Assembly: GCF_009914755.1 (NCBI RefSeq)
Contig: NC_060939.1
DNA length: 64,000 nucleotides
Strand: one strand, 5' to 3'
Origin: the human T2T-CHM13v2.0 reference genome, Homo sapiens
Shown here: piece by piece, positions 1 through 13,300 of the stretch
How positions within the stretch are numbered: the first letter of the stretch is position 1
Layout of the letters: each line of letters begins with the position of its first letter
Position numbers and translations under genes: made by a program
The notes under the pieces: model-generated
Seen by the model: only the letters and a program-made list of their open reading frames with translations
The model's database searches: none
What the model was told of the DNA's origin: nothing

Positions 1-2826
1 TGATTGTGCATTCAACTCACAGAGTTAAACCTATCTTATGATTGACCAGTTTTGGAACACTCTTTTCATAGGATCTGCAAGTGGATATTTGGCGTGCTTT
101 GAGGCCTATCGTGGAAAAGCAAATAACTTCAGATAAAAACTATACAGAAGCATTCTGAGAAACTTCTTTGTGATGTGTGCATTGATCTCACAGAGTTGAA
201 AGTGTATTTTGATTGAGCAGTTTTGAAACACTCTTTTTGTAGAATCTGCAAGTGGATAATTGGGGAGATTTGAGGTATATTGTGGAAAAGCAAGTATCTT
301 CATATAAAAACTATACAGAAGCTTTCTGAGAAACATCTTTGTGAGGTTTGCATTCAACTCACAGAGCTGGAACTATCTTTTGAGTGACCAGTTTTGAATC
401 TCTCTTTTTGTACAATCTGCAAGTGGATATTTGGAGCGTTTTGAGGCCTACATTTGAAAATCAAATATCTTCCCTTAAAAGCTACACAGAAACATTCTCA
501 GAAATTGTTTGTCATGTGTGCTTTCAAATTACCAAGTTGAACCTACCTTGTGATTGAGCAGTTTTGAATCTCTCTTTTTGTGGAATCTGCAAGTGGATAT
601 TTTTAGCCATTTGCGGACTGTGGTGGAAAAGGAATTATCTTCAAATCCATTCTACACAGAAGCATTCAGACAAACTTTTTGTGATGAGTGCATTGGTCAC
701 ACAGAATTGAACCTCTCCTTTGATTGAGCAATTCTGAAGCACTCTTTCAGAGGGTCTGCAAGTGGATATTTTAGAGCTTTGGGACAATTGTGGAAAAGTA
801 AATATCTTCACATAGAAACTACACGGAAGCATTCTGAGAAACTTCTTTGGAGGTGTGCATTCAACTCACAGAGTTGAACCTATCTTTTCATTGAGCAGTT
901 TTGAATCTCTCTTTTTGTAGACTCTGCTTGCAGATATTTGGAGAGCTTTGAGGCCTATTGTGGAAAAGGAATCATCTTCACATAAAAACACACAGAAGCA
1001 CTCTGAGAAACTTCTTTGTGAAGTGTGCATTCAACTCACAGAGTTGAACCTATCTTTTGATTGAGAAGCTTTGAATCTCTCTTTTTGTAGAAGCTGCATG
1101 TGGATATTTGGAGACGTTTGTGGCCTATGGTAGAAAAGGCAATATCTTCAAATAAAAACTAGACAGAAGCATTTTGAGAAATTTCTCTGTGCTGTGTGCA
1201 TTCATATCACATGGTTGAAACTACCTTTTGATTGAGCAGTTTTGAATCTCTCTTTTTGTAACATCTGCAATAGATATTTGGAGCCCTTTGTGGTCTGTGG
1301 TGGAAAAGGAACTATCCTCAAATAAAAACTACACAGAAGTATTCCGAGAAACTTCCTTGTGATGTGTGCATTCATCTCACAGGGTTGAACCTTTGGTTTG
1401 ATTGAGCAGTTTTGAGACAATCTTTCCATAGAATCTGGAAGTGAATATTTGGAGAACCTTGAGATCTATTTTGGAGAAGGAGATATCTTTATATGAAAAC
1501 TGCACAGAAGCATTCTGAGAAACATCTTTGTGAGGTGTGCAATGAAGTCACAGAGTTGAAACTATGTTTTGATTCAGCAGTTTTGAGTCTCTCTTTTTGC
1601 AGAATCTGCGAGTGGATATCTGGAGAACTTGGAGGCCTATTTGGAAAAGGAAATATCTTCACATATAAACTATGCAGAAGCATTTTGAGATTCTTCTTTG
1701 TGAGGTGTGCATTCAACTCACAGAGTTGAACTTATCTTTTCCTTGAGCACTTTCATATCTCATTTTCTGTAGAATCTGCAAGTGGATATTTGGAGCTCTT
1801 TGCACCCTGTGGTGGAAAGGGAACTATCTTCATATAAAAACTACAAAGAAGCATTCAGAGAAACTTCTTGTGATGAAGGCATTCCTCACACAGAGCTGAA
1901 CCTTTCTTTTTATTGAGCAGTATTGAAACGCTCTTTTTGCAGAATCACCAAGTGGATATTTGGAGAGCTTTGGGGCCTGTTTTGGAAAATGAAATATCTT
2001 CAAAGTAAAACTACACAGAACCATTCTGAGAAACTTCTTTATGATGTGTGCATTCAACTCTCAGAGTTGAACCTACCTTATGATTGAGCAATTTGGAAAC
2101 ACTCTCTTTGTAGAGCCTGCAAGTGGATATTTAGAACGATTTGAGGCCTATTGTGGAAAAGCAAATATCTTCACATAAAAACTACACAGAAGCATTCTGA
2201 GAAACTTCTTTGGCATGTGTGCATTCAACTAACAGTGTTGAACGTATCTTTTGATTGAGCAGCTTAGAATCTCTCTTTTTGTAGAAAATGCAAGTAGATA
2301 TTTGGAGCCCCATTTTGCCCTATGGTAGAAAACAAAACATCTTCACATAAAATCTACACAGAAGCATTCTGAGAAACTTCTTTGTGATGTTTGCATTGAA
2401 CTCCCAGAGTCGAACCTATCTTTTGATAGAGCACTTTTGTATCTCTCTTTTTGCGGAATCTGCAAGTGCATATTTGGAAAGCTTGAGGCCTATTGTGAAA
2501 AAGGAAATATCTTCACATAAAAACTACAGAGAAGCATTCTGAGAAACTTCTTTGTGAGGCATGGATTCAACCCACAGAGTTGGACTTATCATTGAGCAGT
2601 TTTGAATCTCTCTTTTTGTCGAATCTGCAAGTGGATATTTGGAGCCCTTTGCAACCTAGGGTGGAAAAGGAAATACCTTCAAATAAAAACTATATAGAAG
2701 CATTCCGTAAAACTTCTTTGTGATGTGTGCATTCGTCTCACAGAGTTGAACCTATCTAATGATTGAGCGGTTTTGAAACACTCATTTTGTAGAACCTGCA
2801 AGTGGATATTGGGAGTACTTTGTGGC

Positions 2827-2843
2827 CTTCTTTGGAAAAGGGA
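2827..2843 (+). other. Degenerate, predicted non-functional CENP-B-box-like sequence (15/17 match), one per HOR and two per long variant
   Basis: CTTCTTTGGAAAAGGGA versus the CENP-B box CTTCGTTGGAAACGGGA. The mismatches at 2831 and 2839 fall in the essential TTCG and CGGG cores. It sits at the normal box position of the monomer. Confidence 0.7.
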
Positions 2844-4071
2844 ATATCTTCACATAAAAACTACAAAGAAGCATTCTGAGAAACTTCTTTGTGATGTGTG
2901 CATTCATCTCACAGTGTTGGACGTTTCTTTTGATAGGGCAGTTTTGAAACACTCTTTTTCTAGAATCTGCAAGTGGATATTTGGAGCGCTTTGAGGCCTA
3001 ATGTGGAAAATCAAATATCTTCACATAAAAACTACACAGAGGCATTCTGAGAAACTTCTTTTTTGTGTGTGCATTCAACTCACATAGTTGAAGTAATCTT
3101 TGGATTTAGCTGTTTTGAATCTCCTTTTTGCAGAATCTGCAAGTTGATACTTGGAGCCCTGTTTCACCCTATAGTGGAAAAGCAAATATCTTCACATAAA
3201 CAAACCCTACAGAGAAGCATTCAGAGAAAGTCCTTTGTGATGTGTGCATTGAACATGCAGAGTTGACACTATCTTTTGATTGTACAGTTTTGAATACGTC
3301 TTTTTGTAGAATCTGCAAGTGGAAGTTTGGAGCTGTTTGCACCCTGTGGTGTAAAAGGAAATATCTTCATATAAAAGCTACACAGAAGCATTCAGAAAGA
3401 CTTCTTTGTGATGAATGCGTTCCTCACACAGAGTTGAATCTTCCTTTTTATTGAGTAGTATTGAAACCCTCTTTTTGCAGAATAACCAGGTGGATATTTG
3501 GAGAGCTTTGAGGCCTGTTTTGGAAAAGGAAATATCTTCAAATTAAAACCACACAGAAGCATTCTGAGAAGCTTCTTTGTGATGTGTGCATTCAACTCTC
3601 AGAGTTCAACGTGTCTTATGATGGAGCAGTTTGGAAACACTCTTTTTTGTAGAAACTGCAAGTGGATATGTAGAGCGATTTGAGGCCTACTGTGGAAAAG
3701 CAAATATCTTCACATAACAACTACACAGAAGCACTCCTAGAAACTTCTTTGTGATGTGTGAATTCAACTCACAGAGCTGAACCTATCTTTTGATGGAGTA
3801 GCTTAGAATCTCTCTTTTTTTAGAATCTGCACGTGGATATTTGGAGCGCTTTGAGACCTAAAGTGGAAAAGCAAATATCTTCACATAAAATCTACAGAGG
3901 CACTCTAAGAAACTTCTTTTTGATGTGTGCATTCACCTCACAGAGCTGAACCGATCCTTCGAGTGACCAGTTTTGAATCTCTCTTTTTATACAATCTGCA
4001 AGTGGATATTTGGAGGCCTTTGCGGCCTATGGTGGAAAAGGAAATATCTTCAAATAAAAACTACACAGAAG

Positions 4072-4129
4072 CATTCTGAGTCCCTATTTTGGAAAAGAAA
4101 ATATCTTCACTTAAACAACTACGCAGAAA
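4072..4129 (+). repeat. 58-bp truncated alpha-satellite monomer, one per HOR (e.g. also 8394-8451)
   Basis: CATTCTGAG is followed directly by TCCCTATTTTGGAAAAGAAAATATCTTCACTTAAACAACTACGCAGAAA. About 113 bp of the monomer interior is missing. Confidence 0.9.
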
Positions 4130-4254
4130 TACTGTGAGAAACTTCTTTGTTATGTGAGCATTCAACTCACAGAGTTGAACCTATCTTTTGATTGAGCAGT
4201 TTTGAATCTCTCATTTTGCAGAATCTGCAAGGGGATATTTGGAGCCCTTTGCGG

Positions 4255-4274
4255 CCTATGGTGGAAAAGGAAAT
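4255..4274 (+). other. pJalpha/A-box-type motif at the box position (representative; most monomers carry variants)
   Basis: CCTATGGTGGAAAAGGAAAT resembles the A-type monomer box that occupies the CENP-B box position. Protein binding cannot be shown from sequence. Confidence 0.65.
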
Positions 4275-4320
4275 ACCTTCAAATGAAAAGCACACAGAGG
4301 CATTCTGAGAAACTTCCTCG

Positions 4321-7300
4321 TGATTGTGCATTCAACTCACAGAGTTAAACCTATCTTATGATTGACCAGTTTTGGAACACTCTTTTCATAGGATCTGCAA
4401 GTGGATATTTGGCGTGCTTTGAGGCCTATCGTGGAAAAGCAAATAACTTCAGATAAAAACTATACAGAAGCATTCTGAGAAACTTCTTTGTGATGTGTGC
4501 ATTGATCTCACAGAGTTGAAAGTGTATTTTGATTGAGCAGTTTTGAAACACTCTTTTTGTAGAATCTGCAAGTGGATAATTGGGGAGATTTGAGGTATAT
4601 TGTGGAAAAGCAAGTATCTTCATATAAAAACTATACAGAAGCTTTCTGAGAAACATCTTTGTGAGGTTTGCATTCAACTCACAGAGCTGGAACTATCTTT
4701 TGAGTGACCAGTTTTGAATCTCTCTTTTTGTACAATCTGCAAGTGGATATTTGGAGCGTTTTGAGGCCTACATTTGAAAATCAAATATCTTCCCTTAAAA
4801 GCTACACAGAAACATTCTCAGAAATTGTTTGTCATGTGTGCTTTCAAATTACCAAGTTGAACCTACCTTGTGATTGAGCAGTTTTGAATCTCTCTTTTTG
4901 TGGAATCTGCAAGTGGATATTTTTAGCCATTTGCGGACTGTGGTGGAAAAGGAATTATCTTCAAATCCATTCTACACAGAAGCATTCAGACAAACTTTTT
5001 GTGATGAGTGCATTGGTCACACAGAATTGAACCTCTCCTTTGATTGAGCAATTCTGAAACACTCTTTCAGAGGGTCTGCAAGTGGATATTTTAGAGCTTT
5101 GGGACAATTGTGGAAAAGTAAATATCTTCACATAGAAACTACACGGAAGCATTCTGAGAAACTTCTTTGGAGGTGTGCATTCAACTCACAGAGTTGAACC
5201 TATCTTTTCATTGAGCAGTTTTGAATCTCTCTTTTTGTAGACTCTGCTTGCAGATATTTGGAGAGCTTTGAGGCCTATTGTGGAAAAGGAATCATCTTCA
5301 CATAAAAACACACAGAAGCACTCTGAGAAACTTCTTTGTGAAGTGTGCATTCAACTCACAGAGTTGAACCTATCTTTTGATTGAGAAGCTTTGAATCTCT
5401 CTTTTTGTAGAAGCTGCATGTGGATATTTGGAGACGTTTGTGGCCTATGGTAGAAAAGGCAATATCTTCAAATAAAAACTAGACAGAAGCATTTTGAGAA
5501 ATTTCTCTGTGCTGTGTGCATTCATATCACATGGTTGAAACTACCTTTTGGTTGAGCAGTTTTGAATCTCTCTTTTTGTAACATCTGCAATGGATATTTG
5601 GAGCCCTTTGTGGTCTGTGGTGGAAAAGGAACTATCCTCAAATAAAAACTACACAGAAGTATTCCGAGAAACTTCCTTGTGATGTGTGCATTCATCTCAC
5701 AGGGTTGAACCTTTGGTTTGATTGAGCAGTTTTGAGACAATCTTTCCATAGAATCTGGAAGTGAATATTTGGAGAACCTTGAGATCTATTTTGGAGAAGG
5801 AGATATCTTTATATGAAAACTGCACAGAAGCATTCTGAGAAACATCTTTGTGAGGTGTGCAATGAAGTCACAGAGTTGAAACTATGTTTTGATTCAGCAG
5901 TTTTGAGTCTCTCTTTTTGCAGAATCTGCGAGTGGATATCTGGAGAACTTGGAGGCCTATTTGGAAAAGGAAATATCTTCACATATAAACTATGCAGAAG
6001 CATTTTGAGATTCTTCTTTGTGAGGTGTGCATTCAACTCACAGAGTTGAACTTATCTTTTCCTTGAGCACTTTCATATCTCATTTTCTGTAGAATCTGCA
6101 AGTGGATATTTGGAGCTCTTTGCACCCTGTGGTGGAAAGGGAACTATCTTCATATAAAAACTACAAAGAAGCATTCAGAGAAACTTCTTGTGATGAAGGC
6201 ATTCCTCACACAGAGCTGAACCTTTCTTTTTATTGAGCAGTATTGAAACGCTCTTTTTGCAGAATCACCAAGTGGATATTTGGAGAGCTTTGGGGCCTGT
6301 TTTGGAAAATGAAATATCTTCAAAGTAAAACTACACAGAACCATTCTGAGAAACTTCTTTATGATGTGTGCATTCAACTCTCAGAGTTGAACCTACCTTA
6401 TGATTGAGCAATTTGGAAACACTCTCTTTGTAGAGCCTGCAAGTGGATATTTAGAACGATTTGAGGCCTATTGTGGAAAAGCAAATATCTTCACATAAAA
6501 ACTACACAGAAGCATTCTGAGAAACTTCTTTGGCATGTGTGCATTCAACTAACAGTGTTGAACGTATCTTTTGATTGAGCAGCTTAGAATCTCTCTTTTT
6601 GTAGAAAATGCAAGTAGATATTTGGAGCCCCATTTTGCCCTATGGTAGAAAACAAAACATCTTCACATAAAATCTACACAGAAGCATTCTGAGAAACTTC
6701 TTTGTGATGTTTGCATTGAACTCCCAGAGTCGAACCTATCTTTTGATAGAGCACTTTTGTATCTCTCTTTTTGCGGAATCTGCAAGTGGATATTTGGAAA
6801 GCTTGAGGCCTATTGTGAAAAAGGAAATATCTTCACATAAAAACTACAGAGAAGCATTCTGAGAAACTTCTTTGTGAGGCATGGATTCAACCCACAGAGT
6901 TGGACTTATCATTGAGCAGTTTTGAATCTCTCTTTTTGTCGAATCTGCAAGTGGATATTTGGAGCCCTTTGCAACCTAGGGTGGAAAAGGAAATACCTTC
7001 AAATAAAAACTATATAGAAGCATTCCGTAAAACTTCTTTGTGATGTGTGCATTCGTCTCACAGAGTTGAACCTATCTAATGATTGAGCGGTTTTGAAACA
7101 CTCATTTTGTAGAACCTGCAAGTGGATATTGGGAGTACTTTGTGGCCTTCTTTGGAAAAGGGAATATCTTCACATAAAAACTACAAAGAAGCATTCTGAG
7201 AAACTTCTTTGTGATGTGTGCATTCATCTCACAGTGTTGGACGTTTCTTTTGATAGGGCAGTTTTGAAACACTCTTTTTCTAGAATCTGCAAGTGGATAT

Positions 7301-10300
7301 TTGGAGCGCTTTGAGGCCTAATGTGGAAAATCAAATATCTTCACATAAAAACTACACAGAGGCATTCTGAGAAACTTCTTTTTTGTGTGTGCATTCAACT
7401 CACATAGTTGAAGTAATCTTTGGATTTAGCTGTTTTGAATCTCCTTTTTGCAGAATCTGCAAGTTGATACTTGGAGCCCTGTTTCACCCTATAGTGGAAA
7501 AGCAAATATCTTCACATAAACAAACCCTACAGAGAAGCATTCAGAGAAAGTCCTTTGTGATGTGTGCATTGAACATGCAGAGTTGACACTATCTTTTGAT
7601 TGTACAGTTTTGAATACGTCTTTTTGTAGAATCTGCAAGTGGAAGTTTGGAGCTGTTTGCACCCTGTGGTGTAAAAGGAAATATCTTCATATAAAAGCTA
7701 CACAGAAGCATTCAGAAAGACTTCTTTGTGATGAATGCGTTCCTCACACAGAGTTGAATCTTCCTTTTTATTGAGTAGTATTGAAACCCTCTTTTTGCAG
7801 AATAACCAGGTGGATATTTGGAGAGCTTTGAGGCCTGTTTTGGAAAAGCAAATATCTTCAAATTAAAACCACACAGAAGCATTCTGAGAAGCTTCTTTGT
7901 GATGTGTGCATTCAACTCTCAGAGTTCAACGTGTCTTATGATGGAGCAGTTTGGAAACACTCTTTTTTGTAGAAACTGCAAGTGGATATGTAGAGCGATT
8001 TGAGGCCTACTGTGGAAAAGCAAATATCTTCACATAACAACTACACAGAAGCACTCCTAGAAACTTCTTTGTGATGTGTGAATTCAACTCACAGAGCTGA
8101 ACCTATCTTTTGATGGAGTAGCTTAGAATCTCTCTTTTTTTAGAATCTGCACGTGGATATTTGGAGCGCTTTGAGACCTAAAGTGGAAAAGCAAATATCT
8201 TCACATAAAATCTACATAGAGGCACTCTAAGAAACTTCTTTTTGATGTGTGCATTCACCTCACAGAGCTGAACCGATCCTTCGAGTGACCAGTTTTGAAT
8301 CTCTCTTTTTATACAATCTGCAAGTGGATATTTGGAGCCCTTTGCGGCCTATGGTGGAAAAGGAAATATCTTCAAATAAAAACTACACAGAAGCATTCTG
8401 AGTCCCTATTTTGGAAAAGAAAATATCTTCACTTAAACAACTACGCAGAAATACTGTGAGAAACTTCTTTGTTATGTGAGCATTCAACTCACAGAGTTGA
8501 ACCTATCTTTTGATTGAGCAGTTTTGAATCTCTCATTTTGCAGAATCTGCAAGGGGATATTTGGAGCCCTTTGCGGCCTATGGTGGAAAAGGAAATACCT
8601 TCAAATGAAAAGCACACAGAGGCATTCTGAGAAACTTCCTCGTGATTGTGCATTCAACTCACAGAGTTAAACCTATCTTATGATTGACCAGTTTTGGAAC
8701 ACTCTTTTCATAGGATCTGCAAGTGGATATTTGGCGTGCTTTGAGGCCTATCGTGGAAAAGCAAATAACTTCAGATAAAAACTATACAGAAGCATTCTGA
8801 GAAACTTCTTTGTGATGTGTGCATTGATCTCACAGAGTTGAAAGTGTATTTTGATTGAGCAGTTTTGAAACACTCTTTTTGTAGAATCTGCAAGTGGATA
8901 ATTGGGGAGATTTGAGGTATATTGTGGAAAAGCAAGTATCTTCATATAAAAACTATACAGAAGCTTTCTGAGAAACATCTTTGTGAGGTTTGCATTCAAC
9001 TCACAGAGCTGGAACTATCTTTTGAGTGACCAGTTTTGAATCTCTCTTTTTGTACAATCTGCAAGTGGATATTTGGAGCGTTTTGAGGCCTACATTTGAA
9101 AATCAAATATCTTCCCTTAAAAGCTACACAGAAACATTCTCAGAAATTGTTTGTCATGTGTGCTTTCAAATTACCAAGTTGAACCTACCTTGTGATTGAG
9201 CAGTTTTGAATCTCTCTTTTTGTGGAATCTGCAAGTGGATATTTTTAGCCATTTGCGGACTGTGGTGGAAAAGGAATTATCTTCAAATCCATTCTACACA
9301 GAAGCATTCAGACAAACTTTTTGTGATGAGTGCATTGGTCACACAGAATTGAACCTCTCCTTTGATTGAGCAATTCTGAAACACTCTTTCAGAGGGTCTG
9401 CAAGTGGATATTTTAGAGCTTTGGGACAATTGTGGAAAAGTAAATATCTTCACATAGAAACTACACGGAAGCATTCTGAGAAACTTCTTTGGAGGTGTGC
9501 ATTCAACTCACAGAGTTGAACCTATCTTTTCATTGAGCAGTTTTGAATCTCTCTTTTTGTAGACTCTGCTTGCAGATATTTGGAGAGCTTTGAGGCCTAC
9601 TGTGGAAAAGGAATCATCTTCACATGAAAACACACAGAAGCACTCTGAGAAACTTCTTTGTGAAGTGTGCATTCAACTCACAGAGTTGAACCTATCTTTT
9701 GATTGAGAAGCTTTGAATCTCTCTTTTTGTAGAAGCTGCATGTGGATATTTGGAGACGTTTGTGGCCTATGGTAGAAAAGACAATATCTTCAAATAAAAA
9801 CTAGACAGAAGCATTTTGAGAAATTTCTCTGTGCTGTGTGCATTCATATCACATGGTTGAAACTACCTTTTGGTTGAGCAGTTTTGAATCTCTCTTTTTG
9901 TAACATCTGCAATGGATATTTGGAGCCCTTTGTGGTCTGTGGTGGAAAAGGAACTATCCTCAAATAAAAACTACACAGAAGTATTCCGAGAAACTTCCTT
10001 GTGATGTGTGCATTCATCTCACAGGGTTGAACCTTTGGTTTGATTGAGCAGTTTTGAGACAATCTTTCCATAGAATCTGGAAGTGAATATTTGGAGAACC
10101 TTGAGATCTATTTTGGAGAAGGAGATATCTTTATATGAAAACTGCACAGAAGCATTCTGAGAAACATCTTTGTGAGGTGTGCAATGAAGTCACAGAGTTG
10201 AAACTATGTTTTGATTCAGCAGTTTTGAGTCTCTCTTTTTGCAGAATCTGCGAGTGGATATCTGGAGAACTTGGAGGCCTATTTGGAAAAGGAAATATCT

Positions 10301-13300
10301 TCACATATAAACTATGCAGAAGCATTTTGAGATTCTTCTTTGTGAGGTGTGCATTCAACTCACAGAGTTGAACTTATCTTTTCCTTGAGCACTTTCATAT
10401 CTCATTTTCTGTAGAATCTGCAAGTGGATATTTGGAGCTCTTTGCACCCTGTGGTGGAAAGGGAACTATCTTCATATAAAAACTACAAAGAAGCATTCAG
10501 AGAAACTTCTTGTGATGAAGGCATTCCTCACACAGAGCTGAACCTTTCTTTTTATTGAGCAGTATTGAAACGCTCTTTTTGCAGAATCACCAAGTGGATA
10601 TTTGGAGAGCTTTGGGGCCTGTTTTGGAAAATGAAATATCTTCAAAGTAAAACTACACAGAACCATTCTGAGAAACTTCTTTATGATGTGTGCATTCAAC
10701 TCTCAGAGTTGAACCTACCTTATGATTGAGCAATTTGGAAACACTCTCTTTGTAGAGCCTGCAAGTGGATATTTAGAACGATTTGAGGCCTATTGTGGAA
10801 AAGCAAATATCTTCACATAAAAACTACACAGAAGCATTCTGAGAAACTTCTTTGGCATGTGTGCATTCAACTAACAGTGTTGAACGTATCTTTTGATTGA
10901 GCAGCTTAGAATCTCTCTTTTTGTAGAAAATGCAAGTAGATATTTGGAGCCCCATTTTGCCCTATGGTAGAAAACAAAACATCTTCACATAAAATCTACA
11001 CAGAAGCATTCTGAGAAACTTCTTTGTGATGTTTGCATTGAACTCCCAGAGTCGAACCTATCTTTTGATAGAGCACTTTTGTATCTCTCTTTTTGCGGAA
11101 TCTGCAAGTGGATATTTGGAAAGCTTGAGGCCTATTGTGAAAAAGGAAATATCTTCACATAAAAACTACAGAGAAGCATTCTGAGAAACTTCTTTGTGAG
11201 GCATGGATTCAACCCACAGAGTTGGACTTATCATTGAGCAGTTTTGAATCTCTCTTTTTGTCGAATCTGCAAGTGGATATTTGGAGCCCTTTGCAACCTA
11301 GGGTGGAAAAGGAAATACCTTCAAATAAAAACTATATAGAAGCATTCCGTAAAACTTCTTTGTGATGTGTGCATTCGTCTCACAGAGTTGAACCTATCTA
11401 ATGATTGAGCGGTTTTGAAACACTCATTTTGTAGAACCTGCAAGTGGATATTGGGAGTACTTTGTGGCCTTCTTTGGAAAAGGGAATATCTTCACATAAA
11501 AACTACAAAGAAGCATTCTGAGAAACTTCTTTGTGATGTGTGCATTCATCTCACAGTGTTGGACGTTTCTTTTGATAGGGCAGTTTTGAAACACTCTTTT
11601 TCTAGAATCTGCAAGTGGATATTTGGAGCGCTTTGAGGCCTAATGTGGAAAATCAAATATCTTCACATAAAAACTACACAGAGGCATTCTGAGAAACTTC
11701 TTTTTTGTGTGTGCATTCAACTCACATAGTTGAAGTAATCTTTGGATTTAGCTGTTTTGAATCTCCTTTTTGCAGAATCTGCAAGTTGATACTTGGAGCC
11801 CTGTTTCACCCTATAGTGGAAAAGCAAATATCTTCACATAAACAAACCCTACAGAGAAGCATTCAGAGAAAGTCCTTTGTGATGTGTGCATTGAACATGC
11901 AGAGTTGACACTATCTTTTGATTGTACAGTTTTGAATACGTCTTTTTGTAGAATCTGCAAGTGGAAGTTTGGAGCTGTTTGCACCCTGTGGTGTAAAAGG
12001 AAATATCTTCATATAAAAGCTACACAGAAGCATTCAGAAAGACTTCTTTGTGATGAATGCGTTCCTCACACAGAGTTGAATCTTCCTTTTTATTGAGTAG
12101 TATTGAAACCCTCTTTTTGCAGAATAACCAGGTGGATATTTGGAGAGCTTTGAGGCCTGTTTTGGAAAAGCAAATATCTTCAAATTAAAACCACACAGAA
12201 GCATTCTGAGAAGCTTCTTTGTGATGTGTGCATTCAACTCTCAGAGTTCAACGTGTCTTATGATGGAGCAGTTTGGAAACACTCTTTTTTGTAGAAACTG
12301 CAAGTGGATATGTAGAGCGATTTGAGGCCTACTGTGGAAAAGCAAATATCTTCACATAACAACTACACAGAAGCACTCCTAGAAACTTCTTTGTGATGTG
12401 TGAATTCAACTCACAGAGCTGAACCTATCTTTTGATGGAGTAGCTTAGAATCTCTCTTTTTTTAGAATCTGCACGTGGATATTTGGAGCGCTTTGAGACC
12501 TAAAGTGGAAAAGCAAATATCTTCACATAAAATCTACATAGAGGCACTCTAAGAAACTTCTTTTTGATGTGTGCATTCACCTCACAGAGCTGAACCGATC
12601 CTTCGAGTGACCAGTTTTGAATCTCTCTTTTTATACAATCTGCAAGTGGATATTTGGAGCCCTTTGCGGCCTATGGTGGAAAAGGAAATATCTTCAAATA
12701 AAAACTACACAGAAGCATTCTGAGTCCCTATTTTGGAAAAGAAAATATCTTCACTTAAACAACTACGCAGAAATACTGTGAGAAACTTCTTTGTTATGTG
12801 AGCATTCAACTCACAGAGTTGAACCTATCTTTTGATTGAGCAGTTTTGAATCTCTCATTTTGCAGAATCTGCAAGGGGATATTTGGAGCCCTTTGCGGCC
12901 TATGGTGGAAAAGGAAATACCTTCAAATGAAAAGCACACAGAGGCATTCTGAGAAACTTCCTCGTGATTGTGCATTCAACTCACAGAGTTAAACCTATCT
13001 TATGATTGACCAGTTTTGGAACACTCTTTTCATAGGATCTGCAAGTGGATATTTGGCGTGCTTTGAGGCCTATCGTGGAAAAGCAAATAACTTCAGATAA
13101 AAACTATACAGAAGCATTCTGAGAAACTTCTTTGTGATGTGTGCATTGATCTCACAGAGTTGAAAGTGTATTTTGATTGAGCAGTTTTGAAACACTCTTT
13201 TTGTAGAATCTGCAAGTGGATAATTGGGGAGATTTGAGGTATATTGTGGAAAAGCAAGTATCTTCATATAAAAACTATACAGAAGCTTTCTGAGAAACAT

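Larger units (their letters stand above)
1..4320 (+). repeat. HOR copy 1 (4,320 bp; canonical 25 monomers + 58-bp truncated monomer; 2-bp deletion)
   Basis: The sequence at 1 (TGATTGTGCATTCAACTCACAGAGTTAAACC) recurs at 4321. It is 2 bp shorter than other copies: TCTACAGAGG at 3891 versus TCTACATAGAGG elsewhere. The HOR phase is arbitrary and set to the window start. Confidence 0.96.

Noticed and set aside
2773-3454. Cys/His-rich pseudo-peptides (CRTCKW, CRICKW, CDVCIH) resembling zinc fingers
   Set aside because: They come from conserved alphoid motifs TGTAGAATCTGCAAGTGG and TGTGATGTGTGCATT. They lack C2H2 spacing and linkers.
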